NCBI GenBank assembly: GCA_041178425.1
Contig: JBEGVH010000014.1
Span: 1 to 64,000 of the forward strand
Length of the DNA stretch: 64,000 nt
Source: Pseudomonadota bacterium
Lineage (GTDB): Bacteria; Bdellovibrionota; Bdellovibrionia; Bdellovibrionales; Bdellovibrionaceae
Direction of reading: 5' to 3'
Made by a program: the position numbers and the translations under genes. Positions 9,561 to 19,690 of the stretch are shown here, in pieces. The notes beneath the pieces are model-generated. The model was not told where the DNA came from. It saw nothing but the letters and a program-made list of their open reading frames with translations, and ran no database searches. Each line of letters starts with the position of its first letter. The first letter of the stretch is position 1.

Positions 9561-10955
9561 GTGGAATTATTAAAGGTACTCATCGTTGATGACGAGAACG
9601 AACTTAGAAAGTCGGTCACGCATATTTTAAAGACCACTCTTCCCGACTTTGTTTTTGAAATTGAAGAAGCAGACAATGGCAAACAAGCACTATCGATGGT
9701 GACCTCAGGAAATTATGATCTCGTCTTGATGGATGTAAAGATGCCTGAAATGGATGGCCTAGAGGCCCTTTGTAAAATCAAAGAACACGATCCACGCACT
9801 TTTGTTGTGCTAATGACGGCTCACGCCAACCTTCAAGATGCCGTTCTCGCCATAAAGGAGGGAGCTTATGATTACCTTGAAAAACCCGTCGATCCAAAAA
9901 GGCTCATCAACATCGTAAAGCAGGCGGTTGAGGCCAGAGAAATGGTCTCCGACTTAAGCCTGTCAAACCCAATTTTTGATGATGATATTGATAGTGAATT
10001 CGTTGGTCATTCACATAAAATGAAAGAGGTCTTTTTTCTTATCCATAAACTCTGCAAAGTCGACACGACCGTTTTGATTCGCGGAGAAAATGGCACAGGC
10101 AAAGAACTTGTAGCGAGAGCCATTCACTTTAACTCACCCCGCAAGAACGGCGCCTTCGTCGCCATTAACTGCGGAGCCATTCCTGAAACCCTTATGGAAA
10201 GTGAGCTTTTTGGACACGAGAAGGGGGCCTTCACAGGAGCCATTGAAAGAAAAATTGGAAAATTTCAGCTCGCTAATAACGGAACTCTCTTTTTAGATGA
10301 AATTGGTGAACTAAAACCCGAAATGCAGGTGAAACTTCTTCGCGTTCTCCAAGAACGCAAATTTGTTCCTGTGGGTGGTCAGCGTGAAATTAAAACCAAC
10401 ACGCGGATCATCGCTGCCACCAACCGAAATCTTGAAAAAATGATTGAAGATCGACTTTTCAGAGAAGATCTTTTCTACCGACTTAATGTATTACCAATCT
10501 TTCTTCCTCCTCTCCGAGAGCGAGGAGATGATATTCCTGCCCTTGTGAATCACTTCATTGATAAAATTGGAAAGAAACACCCCAACAGCATAAAGGGGAT
10601 TAGCCCCATGGCTATTGAATCACTCAAACGCTATCAGTGGCCCGGAAACATCCGCGAACTAGAAAATCTCATTGAAAGAGCATTTATTATTGAAGGCACA
10701 GAGGAAATTCAGCTAACGAGCCTTCCCGATTATGTGAGAGCATCTATTGATAGCGGATCGACAGCTAACAACTACGATGGACCCCTTGATTTTGACGTCT
10801 TTAGAGAACAGGTTGAAAAGGATTTTATTATAAGCGCACTAAAAGCTAACAAAGGAAAAATAAATCAAACGGTAGCCCACGCAAACATTCCTAAAAACAC
10901 TCTTTTACGAAAAATTAAAAAGTACCAAATTAATCCTGAAGATTACAAAGAGTAA
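9561..10955 (+). CDS. Sigma-54-dependent response regulator (NtrC family)
   Basis: REC domain (LIVDD, DVKMP), GENGTGKE, ESELFGHEKGAFTGA, LFLDEIG, WPGNIREL, C-terminal HTH. Confidence 0.95.
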   Translation: MELLKVLIVDDENELRKSVTHILKTTLPDFVFEIEEADNGKQALSMVTSGNYDLVLMDVKMPEMDGLEALCKIKEHDPRTFVVLMTAHANLQDAVLAIKEGAYDYLEKPVDPKRLINIVKQAVEAREMVSDLSLSNPIFDDDIDSEFVGHSHKMKEVFFLIHKLCKVDTTVLIRGENGTGKELVARAIHFNSPRKNGAFVAINCGAIPETLMESELFGHEKGAFTGAIERKIGKFQLANNGTLFLDEIGELKPEMQVKLLRVLQERKFVPVGGQREIKTNTRIIAATNRNLEKMIEDRLFREDLFYRLNVLPIFLPPLRERGDDIPALVNHFIDKIGKKHPNSIKGISPMAIESLKRYQWPGNIRELENLIERAFIIEGTEEIQLTSLPDYVRASIDSGSTANNYDGPLDFDVFREQVEKDFIISALKANKGKINQTVAHANIPKNTLLRKIKKYQINPEDYKE

Positions 10956-10971
10956 TAAAGCGAAACCCCCA

Positions 10972-12672
10972 CTAGGCCGATTGTGGGGGCGCCTCTTCAC
11001 CACCTTGAGCTCGAACCAACTCTAACACAAAAGTGGTATGGGATTTAGTTCCATCGTAATATAAATCGCCCTGCTGCTTTCGCATCAGTTCTTTCGACAA
11101 TGAAAGTCCAATTCCCGTGCCAACACCAGGAGCCTTTGTTGTGAAAAACGGCTGAAAGAGTTTTTTTTGAGTTTCTGGAGTGATTCCATTGCCACTATCG
11201 GTAATAATTAAATACACTTTTTGCTCATCACTCTGTACCTCAAAACGCACCCATCGCTCTTCGAGCAACTCTACGGCCTGAGCTGAATTTACGATCAAAT
11301 TCATGATCACCTGACCTAACTCCACAATTCCGCAAAAAATCCGGGCATCAAAGTTTTGTCGCTCAACGATCAGCTTAACTCTCATTCCATCAAGTCGTGT
11401 TTGTATCATTTCCATCATGGGCTCAACGGCAACCGCTACGCTCGTCTGAACAATGTTTTCAATGACCCCATCACGCAAAAGAATTTTTAACGAATTCACA
11501 ATGCGAGCGATGCGCTGTGATGTATTGCTAATGCCTTCGAGTTGACGATCGAGAATTTCGTCGGTGAGAGTCCCACGCGAGCGATGTTTAATTAAAAGAT
11601 CAGTCTTACCCACGATAATGGCCAGCGGGTTATTTATTTCGTGAGCTATTCCTCCTGCGATTTCTCCAAGCGCCGTGAATCGCTCGTGGGCAGATAATTG
11701 CTGACGTTTTTTTTCAATTTCTAGTTCTTTTCTTTTTAAACTCGTAACATCTAAACTGAGAATACTATACTGATCACCCGAATCTTTTAGCCGATGCCTA
11801 GCCATAGTAGTCAAAAAATGCTTATCTTCTCCGTTTACTAGAATTGAAATTTCACTAAAGTCATATTCGAGACCAGAATCGATGAATGTTTTTACCTTCG
11901 TAACCAGAGGATCTCCATGATTGCGATCTCCCAGTTTAGTACCGATAAGCTCCTCTTTTTTGATACCCACAAGGTCGATAAGTTGATTGTTCGCGTCGAT
12001 GTACAGAAGATCCTGATCGAGCCAAGATACATAACCTGGAAGACTGTTAATAAAGCCCCTAAGGCGATTCTCCTGAAAACGAAGGTCACTTTCGTAATCG
12101 AAGAGTTTAATTTGATTTTCATTAGAACGCTTCACATGCAACAAGTTCCAGAGCAGAAACAAAGAACTTGCAAGAACAATCCAACCATCAGTTTGACCAG
12201 AACTGCGTGCCAACACAACCGTGTAAGGAAGTAAAATCAAAGCACCAAAGAGCAGAGATAACCAAGGCTCAATACTAAAACTGATCATGACACCCCAAGT
12301 GAAAGTGGCTATGAGCATGGTCGTAAACAAAACAGGGGCATGTTCGACGTGGCTCACTAGTGTTAACGCCCCCAGGGCCGAGACCGCCAGGCATAGTAAA
12401 CCACTAAAAAAATAAAGGCCCCAAAGTAATTTTTTTGATTGGCGATCAGGATGCAGCCAAATCCATAAAAAACGCACCAGGATGATTAAAATAAAAAACA
12501 GTGATACTGCCTTAGCACCATCCGTCGAGTAGGGACTTGTCCAGGAAAATAATGGCAAAAGGAGGTAAATCAGCGACCCTTTTTTTACGTTGTCGACTGT
12601 CACCCCGATTTTATAATGAATAGGAAGACTTCCCTGCTTCTGGTGCATACCTTTTTGTCGGAAGGTAACCAC
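10972..12672 (-). CDS. Membrane-bound PAS sensor histidine kinase
   Basis: Multi-TM N-terminus, PAS-like segment, H-box GIAHEINNPL, NLIVNSAQA, DSGNG, FFTTK, GTGIGL. True start is probably downstream of 12672. Confidence 0.9.
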   Translation of the reverse strand: MVTFRQKGMHQKQGSLPIHYKIGVTVDNVKKGSLIYLLLPLFSWTSPYSTDGAKAVSLFFILIILVRFLWIWLHPDRQSKKLLWGLYFFSGLLCLAVSALGALTLVSHVEHAPVLFTTMLIATFTWGVMISFSIEPWLSLLFGALILLPYTVVLARSSGQTDGWIVLASSLFLLWNLLHVKRSNENQIKLFDYESDLRFQENRLRGFINSLPGYVSWLDQDLLYIDANNQLIDLVGIKKEELIGTKLGDRNHGDPLVTKVKTFIDSGLEYDFSEISILVNGEDKHFLTTMARHRLKDSGDQYSILSLDVTSLKRKELEIEKKRQQLSAHERFTALGEIAGGIAHEINNPLAIIVGKTDLLIKHRSRGTLTDEILDRQLEGISNTSQRIARIVNSLKILLRDGVIENIVQTSVAVAVEPMMEMIQTRLDGMRVKLIVERQNFDARIFCGIVELGQVIMNLIVNSAQAVELLEERWVRFEVQSDEQKVYLIITDSGNGITPETQKKLFQPFFTTKAPGVGTGIGLSLSKELMRKQQGDLYYDGTKSHTTFVLELVRAQGGEEAPPQSA

Positions 12673-12782
12673 AAAAACTCAATACTTTAACTGGGGAAAA
12701 CCTTTCGCTGCGGATGACAGACTGGGCCTTGATCTTGAAATTAAAATATGACCAACTAAGCCAAATCAACAAGGAGGTCATT

Positions 12783-13067
12783 TTGAAAACAACTCTGATT
12801 TCTGCGGCCCTCACAGGTCTAGTCTTGGCATCCACGGCAGCAGCTAACGAAGCTACTTCCACCCCTACAAAAACGGCCATGGGAGAATGTCACGGTATCA
12901 ACGAATGCAAAGGCAAAGGTCACTGCGGTAATAAAGATCATTCCTGCGGCGGACAAAACGCATGTAAAGGACAAGGTTGGATCACCATGTCTGAAAAAGA
13001 CTGTGTGACTAAAAAAGGGACTTGGAAAAAATCATCAGGAATGATGCACGGTACGACCAAGAGATAA
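12783..13067 (+). CDS. bufA2: Bufferin-type (BufA2-like) Cys-rich exported RiPP precursor
   Basis: TTG start after AAGGAGG. Signal peptide ending STAAA. Duplicated CxGxNxCKG motif (CHGINECKG, CGGQNACKG), six Cys. Immediately upstream of DUF692. Confidence 0.82.
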   Translation: MKTTLISAALTGLVLASTAAANEATSTPTKTAMGECHGINECKGKGHCGNKDHSCGGQNACKGQGWITMSEKDCVTKKGTWKKSSGMMHGTTKR

Positions 13068-13082
13068 TTGAAGGCAAAAGCA

Positions 13083-13961
13083 ATGAATGAGCGTAAGGAT
13101 GATTCACCAAAGCCCAAGGGCCCAGGAGCAGGATTACGCTCAGCTCATTATCCCGAAATTCTTCGGCGACGATCTGATAGCATCCAATGGTTTGAAATTA
13201 TCACTGAAAACTTTCTTGGAACCTATGGCCGTCCACGATGGGTTCTGGAAAAAGTTCGACAAGACTATCCCCTGGCCTTTCACGGAGTTTCTCTATCGAT
13301 TGGCTCTCCAGAACCAATCGATGAAACCTATTTATTCCTTGTTAGGGATCTCATTACTGAATTTGATCCGTTTCTCGTCTCCGATCATTTTTGTTGGACG
13401 GGTTTTCGAGCCAACAACACCCATAACTTGCTTCCATTGCCTCTAAACGAATCCTCGATCAATATCATCGTACCAAAAATTGAGAGAGCTCAAGAAATCC
13501 TTGGACGCGAAATTCTCTTTGAGAATGCCTCTGCTTATATGAAAACCCAAGTTGATGACATTCCGGAGTGGGATTTTATCAGCGAAGTCTGCCAGAGAAC
13601 GGGTTGCAAACTGCTTCTTGATCTCAATAATCTTTACGTCACGAGCGTCAATTTTGGAATTGACCCCCATGAACAGCTTCATAAAATTCCCGCTCAGTTT
13701 GTAAGACAAATTCACTTGGCCGGTTTTACCGATATGGGCAATTATCTGTTCGATACTCATTCAAAAGCGGTCCATGACCACGTATGGAATCTCTACACCC
13801 AGTGGCTTAGGTTGTACGGTTCCTGCCCCACCATGATTGAATGGGATGAGGAAATTCCTCCCTTCGAGGTTCTAGAAGGAGAAGCGGCAAAAATTGCTCA
13901 TCTGCAAAATACAACTGTTCAACCACCAGCTAACTCGAGAGGAGCTTCAATTGAACTATGA
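13083..13961 (+). CDS. bufB: Multinuclear non-heme iron oxidative enzyme (DUF692/MNIO), bufferin maturase
   Basis: GAGLR, EIITENF, HGVSLSIG, SDH, LLPLP, ENASAY, LLLDLNNLYV, QIHLAG, DTH, IEWD. Confidence 0.93.
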   Translation: MNERKDDSPKPKGPGAGLRSAHYPEILRRRSDSIQWFEIITENFLGTYGRPRWVLEKVRQDYPLAFHGVSLSIGSPEPIDETYLFLVRDLITEFDPFLVSDHFCWTGFRANNTHNLLPLPLNESSINIIVPKIERAQEILGREILFENASAYMKTQVDDIPEWDFISEVCQRTGCKLLLDLNNLYVTSVNFGIDPHEQLHKIPAQFVRQIHLAGFTDMGNYLFDTHSKAVHDHVWNLYTQWLRLYGSCPTMIEWDEEIPPFEVLEGEAAKIAHLQNTTVQPPANSRGASIEL

Positions 13962-14706
13962 GGCTATCCTTGATTTTATCACTGAAAAATCCCAGGATGT
14001 TCCCTCATGCGTAGCGGGAGCGGCCCAACTCACCGCACTTGAAAGCTTAATAATTTACAGAAATGATTATCTTGCCCGAACACATTCTGCTCTGGGAGCG
14101 AATTTTCCAATCCTTTGGAAAATAATTGGTGATGATTCGTTTTTAGAATTGAGTCAAATTTATCGAAGGCAATACCCTTCCAGCACTTGGAATCTGAATC
14201 ACTACGGCGAGCAACTTCCTGCGCTTGTAAACAGCGAACACAATTTGCACCTCCGCTCAGACTTCCCTTTTATTTGTGATTTGGCTGCACTTGAATGGGC
14301 TAGCCAAGAGTATTTTAATGAGCCTCCTCTGAGTCAGCCTCTTCAAAATCTCCCCTCCCAAGAGCAAGACCTAGCTCAATTGAGGATCGCGCCAAACCTC
14401 CGAATATTTCAGAGCCAATTCAATGTTCCAGAGATTTATCGAGCGGCACAACAAGGCAAAGAAGTATTGCCCATCGATTGGAATAGGCCGTCGTTCTATT
14501 TTTTGTCGAAAGAAAATTTTATTGTGCAGCTCGAAGATTTAACGAAACCGCAGTGTGCTCTTTTAGTTTTATGGAAAAAAAATATGACTATCGAACAGAC
14601 GTTGGCAGACCTCGAAACTGCGCCCCCCGAAATTACAAATGAGATGTTGACGGAGCTTGGTCCTTTACTGGTTCGCCTTTTCCGAACAAATTTATTATTT
14701 ATTTAA
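13951..14706 (+). CDS. DUF2063-family MNIO partner protein (BufC/HvfC-like)
   Basis: TTG after GAGGAG. LIIYRNDY...ALGANFP...IGDDSF...YG...DLAALEW pattern. Overlaps the DUF692 end. Confidence 0.85.
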   Translation: MNYEAILDFITEKSQDVPSCVAGAAQLTALESLIIYRNDYLARTHSALGANFPILWKIIGDDSFLELSQIYRRQYPSSTWNLNHYGEQLPALVNSEHNLHLRSDFPFICDLAALEWASQEYFNEPPLSQPLQNLPSQEQDLAQLRIAPNLRIFQSQFNVPEIYRAAQQGKEVLPIDWNRPSFYFLSKENFIVQLEDLTKPQCALLVLWKKNMTIEQTLADLETAPPEITNEMLTELGPLLVRLFRTNLLFI

Positions 14707-15176
14707 GCATTGTGGTATGGCAGCCCTTTTATGATCGTCAACATTCGGTAGATTTGCTCCAAGAGAACCGTTTGTGCAACAAGATGATTCAATGTCCATG
14801 GCCCGAGCTGCAAGGTGAGCTGAGCTCTTTTTTTGATATCTTCATCCACGCCAAAAGCTCCACCAATGATAAACACCATTCGTTTACTCGTAGACTGCGA
14901 GTTCTCTCGCTCGAACCATTGGGCCAATCGAAGGGAATCTAAAGCCTTTCCTCTTTCATCAAGCAACACGACAAAGTCATTTGGTTTGAGTGCCTTCAGT
15001 AGCATCTCTGACTCAAGTTTCTTTTTTTGTTCGGCATTGGCCCGATCGATCTTACTGGCCTTAATCGCTTCGACTTCAAACTTGGCCATGTAGTTTATTT
15101 TTTCGGTGTATAGCTCTCTCGCTTTTTGAAACCAAGGTTCATTATTTGAAACAATCGTTAAGAGCACAATTTTCAA
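14703..15176 (-). CDS. rlmH: 23S rRNA pseudouridine-1915 N3-methyltransferase
   Basis: VLLDERGK, FIIGGAFG, LLEQIYR, KGLPYH. Confidence 0.96.
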   Translation of the reverse strand: MKIVLLTIVSNNEPWFQKARELYTEKINYMAKFEVEAIKASKIDRANAEQKKKLESEMLLKALKPNDFVVLLDERGKALDSLRLAQWFERENSQSTSKRMVFIIGGAFGVDEDIKKRAQLTLQLGPWTLNHLVAQTVLLEQIYRMLTIIKGLPYHNA

Positions 15177-15351
15177 GAGACATCCCCCCACGCATATAAA
15201 TAAATACTATTTGTACTTAAATATAAAGAATCAGCCAGCCCTCAGCCTAGACTAAGGTCGCAAAAAAGTCCAGACAAGGCATCCCAAAGGGCGACCCCCT
15301 AAAGCTCCCCGACTAGCCTATTAATTTAATTACTACCTAGGGAGGGGAACC

Positions 15352-15975
15352 ATGTTGGTATTTTTTAGAAGGAGAGCACTTCTTATTTTGTTACTTTGCG
15401 TTTCAACAATGAGGGCTACCGCCATTGATTGGAATGACTACCATCATCTCGATCCAAAGCGAATAGTCCCCACTCAAGCTCTCAAGCATGCCGTTCTTTA
15501 TTTCGACCAAATTAAAGACAAAATTGGTAACTCCCGTTACCTTACCGTGATCGACTTTTCAAGGCACTCGAGCCAGCGCCGATTGTTTTTAATAAATACA
15601 CACACAGGAGAGGTTGAAACCCTTAAAGTGGCCCACGGCCAAGGTTCAGACACAAACTCCGATGGCTGGGCTGAACGATATTCAAATCAACCCCAATCAA
15701 AGGCCAGCTCACTTGGTTTTTACCTTTCGGCAGAAACTTACTCAGGAAAATACGGACTGTCTCTAAAACTCGATGGACTCAGCACAACCAATAGTAATGC
15801 TCGTTCGCGAGCGGTTGTGGTTCATGGCGCCCCCTATGTGTCAGAAAAAAATGAAAAAATTGGCCGTAGCTGGGGCTGTCCTGCCATTGATCAAAAACAG
15901 GCACGTCGGGTGATCGAATTGATTAAAGAAGGAAGTTTAATTTATGCTTGGGCGGGGCAAAAAACAAAACGATAA
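15352..15975 (+). CDS. Murein L,D-transpeptidase catalytic-domain protein (YkuD_2-like), secreted
   Basis: Signal peptide, IDFS, VAHGQGS, SSLG, VVHGA...GRSWGCPA catalytic His/Cys motif. Confidence 0.88.
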   Translation: MLVFFRRRALLILLLCVSTMRATAIDWNDYHHLDPKRIVPTQALKHAVLYFDQIKDKIGNSRYLTVIDFSRHSSQRRLFLINTHTGEVETLKVAHGQGSDTNSDGWAERYSNQPQSKASSLGFYLSAETYSGKYGLSLKLDGLSTTNSNARSRAVVVHGAPYVSEKNEKIGRSWGCPAIDQKQARRVIELIKEGSLIYAWAGQKTKR

Positions 15976-15987
15976 GTCTCCGAAAAA

Positions 15988-16611
15988 TTACGGCCTTACA
16001 ACCACCGTCATTCGGGTTCTTATACGGTAGATCTTTTCTTGATCTGTGCCTTCGTTGGTGATCTCGGAGGCCTTCATGATGACTTCGCCGACAGCGCTGA
16101 TCTCAGGAACATCGGGGTCAGCCAAGGGTAGGGGGCAAATAACACGGCAACGGGGATGGCTGTTAATCGTGCCAGCTCCCTTGAATCCGCCACTCTCAAA
16201 GATGGCCGAATTGCCAGCCGCTGCCGACTCAAAAAGTGGAGACAACTCAGCTGTGAGATCACACTTCGCCTCGCCCCCAGCAATGCCCGCTCCTCGAAAT
16301 TTGATTTGCAGAGTGTGAATAAAGAGCTTGCTTGATTTCTTCCACTTTATGTTCATGCGATTAAACTGCACCACAGGCCCAGCCACCGCAGGAGGGACTT
16401 GAGTTCCGTCGGGAAGCCGATAAATACCATTATTATCTACGTACTGTTGGCAGGAATAGGCGTTAAACTCGAGAACAATGCTTTGCTTGGGAATAATATT
16501 AATTTCGAGAGCAGAGTCTGTCTTCTGAGCGCAAGATCCGAAAACGAGCAAAGAAGATAGGACCAAGCACGAACGAGACAATTTTCCTTTAATTCCATTC
16601 ATCCATTTCAT
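15988..16611 (-). CDS. Hypothetical lipoprotein
   Basis: Lipobox-like VFGSC after a hydrophobic stretch; 207-aa ORF. Confidence 0.7.
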   Translation of the reverse strand: MKWMNGIKGKLSRSCLVLSSLLVFGSCAQKTDSALEINIIPKQSIVLEFNAYSCQQYVDNNGIYRLPDGTQVPPAVAGPVVQFNRMNIKWKKSSKLFIHTLQIKFRGAGIAGGEAKCDLTAELSPLFESAAAGNSAIFESGGFKGAGTINSHPRCRVICPLPLADPDVPEISAVGEVIMKASEITNEGTDQEKIYRIRTRMTVVVRP

Positions 16612-16861
16612 TCTTAAACCCCCGCCATGGGTCGATCCTTGCCCCAGTGCCTAGGTCTATTTTAGACGTTAAGCAACCCTAGACTCAACGTCGCATGCGT
16701 ATCAAATTGAAAAAACTCGACAAAGGTCATTTAAATCGAAGCCACCCGCCATAGAATCCCAATTTGAGATCTCTTAGTTCAACCAGTTTTTGATTTTACC
16801 CTCATCTTGAGATAGAGCTTAACCAATCTACTCTCTCTGATTCACGAAAGGGCCCAAAAAA

Positions 16862-18925
16862 ATGGCAGAACCACGCAAAATCGTAGTTACCGCTGCACTT
16901 CCCTACGCCAATGGACAAATTCACCTTGGTCACTTAGTCGAGTACCTCCAGGTTGATTTTTGGAGTCGCTTTCAAAAGATGCGCGGCCACGAATGCATCT
17001 ATATCTGCGCCGACGACACTCATGGCACCCCCATCATGGTGCGCGCACGCCAAGAAGGACGCCCCCCAGAGGCATTGATTGAGCAATCCTGGCACGAACA
17101 CCACAAAGACTTCAGCGATTTTCTTATCGAGTTTGACAACTTTGGTTCAACCCACTGTGAAGAAAACCGAGAGCTTGTTGCGGAAGTTTACAACGCCGTT
17201 AAAGAAAAAGGCCATATCGCCGTCAAATCCATCGAACAACTGTTTTGCGAACACGATAAAATGTTTTTGCCTGATCGCTTTGTCAAAGGCACCTGTCCCA
17301 AATGTGGCGCCGAAGACCAGTACGGAGATTCATGTGATAAGTGCGGAGCCACCTATTCTCCAGCCGAATTAAAAAAGGCTTACTGCTCGCTTTGCGGTAA
17401 CACCCCCGTCATCAAATCTTCGGAACATCTCTTGTTTCAGCTACAACACTTTCAATCCTTCTTAAAAGAATGGGTTCCTCAGCACACACAAAAAGAAGTC
17501 GCAAAAAAAATGGCCGAATGGCTTGATCAAGATCTTCGCGATTGGGACATCTCTCGCGATGAGCCCTACTTTGGATTTAAAATTCCGGGTTACGACAATA
17601 AATATTTTTATGTTTGGATGGACGCCCCCCTCGGCTACATTGCTTCGACTTGGCAGTGGGCTAAAAAAAATGGCAAAAAGCTAGAGGACTATTGGCAACA
17701 CAAGAAGAGCGAAATTTATCATTGTATTGGAAAAGACATTGTTTACTTCCACACTTTGTTCTGGCCCGCAATGCTCAGCTGCACTCGATTTAAAACTCCA
17801 TCTGCAGTTTGGGTGCATGGAATGCTCACCGTGAACGGTGAAAAGATGAGCAAATCAAAAGGGACTTTTATCAGTGCTCGAAGTTATTTGAATCATTTGT
17901 CGCCAGAATATTTGCGTTATTACTACGCTTGCAAACTTTCTAATTCTGTCGATGACCTTGATCTAAATCTCGAAGACTTCACACAACGTGTGAATAGTGA
18001 CCTTATTGGTAAAATTACTAATCTTGGATCTCGTGGTGCCCAGATGCTCACAAAAAAAATGAATGGCGTCATGAGCTCGCCCTCCGACGAAGGTTTACAG
18101 CTCATCCGTCGTGTGCAGGCACAGTCTGAATCTATTGCGAATCATTTTGATCAAAGAGATTTTTCGAAAGCCATCAGTGAAATCCGCGCCCTAGCCGATG
18201 ATGCCAACAAATTTTTCGATGAAAAAGCACCCTGGAAAACTCTTGAATCAGATCCCAAGGGCACCAAAGAGGTCGTTAGCACTATTCTCAATGTGTTTAG
18301 GATGTTAACGATTTATCTAAAACCGCTTCTTCCTGTTTACGCGGCCAAGGTTGAAAAACTCTTTGGAGAAAAGCCCTACTCTTGGTTTAGTGTTGGTCAA
18401 ATTTTAACCGACACTCGATTGAACGAGTACGAACATCTTGCCGTTCGCATTGACCCATTGAAAGTGACCGCTATTGTTGAAGAAACAAAAAAACTTCAAG
18501 AAGCGAAAGCGCCAACGGCTAACGTGCCAGCTGCTGCCACAACAAATAAAAAGAGTTTAGCAGAGCAAAAAGAACGAACTGCTGTTGGCCAAACCCCGGT
18601 CATTAGTTACGACGATTTTGCCAAAGTAGACCTCCGAGTCGCAAAAATTTTAGAAGCAGAAATTATTCCCGAGGCTGATAAGTTGCTTCGATTAAAGGTC
18701 GATTTAGGAGAAGAAAATCCTCGTCAAATCATTGCCGGAATCCGCAGCGCCTACCAACCCCAGGATCTGGTTGGTCGACTCACTGTGGTGGTGGCTAACT
18801 TGGCTCCTCGAAAAATGAAATTTGGAATTTCAGAGGGAATGGTGCTCGCGGCCGGTACCGGAGGAACAGAGCTCTTTATTCTCAATCCTGATCAAGGCGC
18901 CAAGCCCGGAGATGCGGTAAAATAA
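16862..18925 (+). CDS. metG: Methionine--tRNA ligase
   Basis: ALPYANGQIHLGH, Zn knuckles, DWDISRD, KMSKS, C-terminal tRNA-binding OB domain. Confidence 0.99.
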   Translation: MAEPRKIVVTAALPYANGQIHLGHLVEYLQVDFWSRFQKMRGHECIYICADDTHGTPIMVRARQEGRPPEALIEQSWHEHHKDFSDFLIEFDNFGSTHCEENRELVAEVYNAVKEKGHIAVKSIEQLFCEHDKMFLPDRFVKGTCPKCGAEDQYGDSCDKCGATYSPAELKKAYCSLCGNTPVIKSSEHLLFQLQHFQSFLKEWVPQHTQKEVAKKMAEWLDQDLRDWDISRDEPYFGFKIPGYDNKYFYVWMDAPLGYIASTWQWAKKNGKKLEDYWQHKKSEIYHCIGKDIVYFHTLFWPAMLSCTRFKTPSAVWVHGMLTVNGEKMSKSKGTFISARSYLNHLSPEYLRYYYACKLSNSVDDLDLNLEDFTQRVNSDLIGKITNLGSRGAQMLTKKMNGVMSSPSDEGLQLIRRVQAQSESIANHFDQRDFSKAISEIRALADDANKFFDEKAPWKTLESDPKGTKEVVSTILNVFRMLTIYLKPLLPVYAAKVEKLFGEKPYSWFSVGQILTDTRLNEYEHLAVRIDPLKVTAIVEETKKLQEAKAPTANVPAAATTNKKSLAEQKERTAVGQTPVISYDDFAKVDLRVAKILEAEIIPEADKLLRLKVDLGEENPRQIIAGIRSAYQPQDLVGRLTVVVANLAPRKMKFGISEGMVLAAGTGGTELFILNPDQGAKPGDAVK

Positions 18926-18937
18926 TAAGGATAGCTA

Positions 18938-19690
18938 ATGAACCTTCAATTGCTCTGGCAGAGGGCCAACGAACTTGCTCGTCACTTTACATCGGAAACG
19001 CCCGAAACGGAGGAGTTCCAAAAACTCCTCCGCGAATTTAAAGAGCTGCAAAAGCACCAAGACCCCCAACTCAACAAAATTGGTCGACTCGCTGTTATTT
19101 TTAATGATAATTGGTCGCAACGCCAGTGGCTCAACTTACTCGTTCCTCTTGAGCGCTATCTCGATCGCCGACTCACTGATCCGGATATGATTGGATTCAT
19201 TCCCGATGAAAAAACTGTGGCTTCGCCGAAACTTCCGTTGATTGTTATCGCGGACCACTGGCGTTCCGCATTTAACGTTGGCGCCCTATTTCGATTAGCC
19301 GATGGCTTCGGCATTCAACAAATCTACCTCACAGGTTACACCCCCACCCCCGAACAAGCCTCGGTTGCCAAAACCGCGATGGGGAGCATTGAATGCACGC
19401 CCTGGGCCCACCGTGAATCAACTCTTGAACTCCTTGAAGAAATAAAACAACAAGGGATTGCCGTTTGGGCCATCGAAACCACTCCAGAAGCAAAAAATCT
19501 TGGTGAGGTCTCCCTCCCCTCCCCGCTCGCTCTCGTGCTCGGTAATGAGCGTTTTGGACTGGATCCAAAAATTATTGAAGCCTGCGAAGGAACAGTGAAA
19601 ATTCCATTACGAGGAATGAAGAACTCCATGAATGTGGCAAATTGTTTTGGAATAGTTGCTTTTGAATGGTGTCGGCAAAATGCAAAATAG
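18938..19690 (+). CDS. SpoU/TrmH-family RNA methyltransferase
   Basis: RSAFNVGALFR, VLGNERFG, IPLRGMKNSMNVA. Confidence 0.9.
   Translation: MNLQLLWQRANELARHFTSETPETEEFQKLLREFKELQKHQDPQLNKIGRLAVIFNDNWSQRQWLNLLVPLERYLDRRLTDPDMIGFIPDEKTVASPKLPLIVIADHWRSAFNVGALFRLADGFGIQQIYLTGYTPTPEQASVAKTAMGSIECTPWAHRESTLELLEEIKQQGIAVWAIETTPEAKNLGEVSLPSPLALVLGNERFGLDPKIIEACEGTVKIPLRGMKNSMNVANCFGIVAFEWCRQNAK

Noticed and set aside
16612..16861. Possible SAM or T-box riboswitch upstream of metG
   Set aside because: No recognisable SAM-I or T-box consensus by eye.
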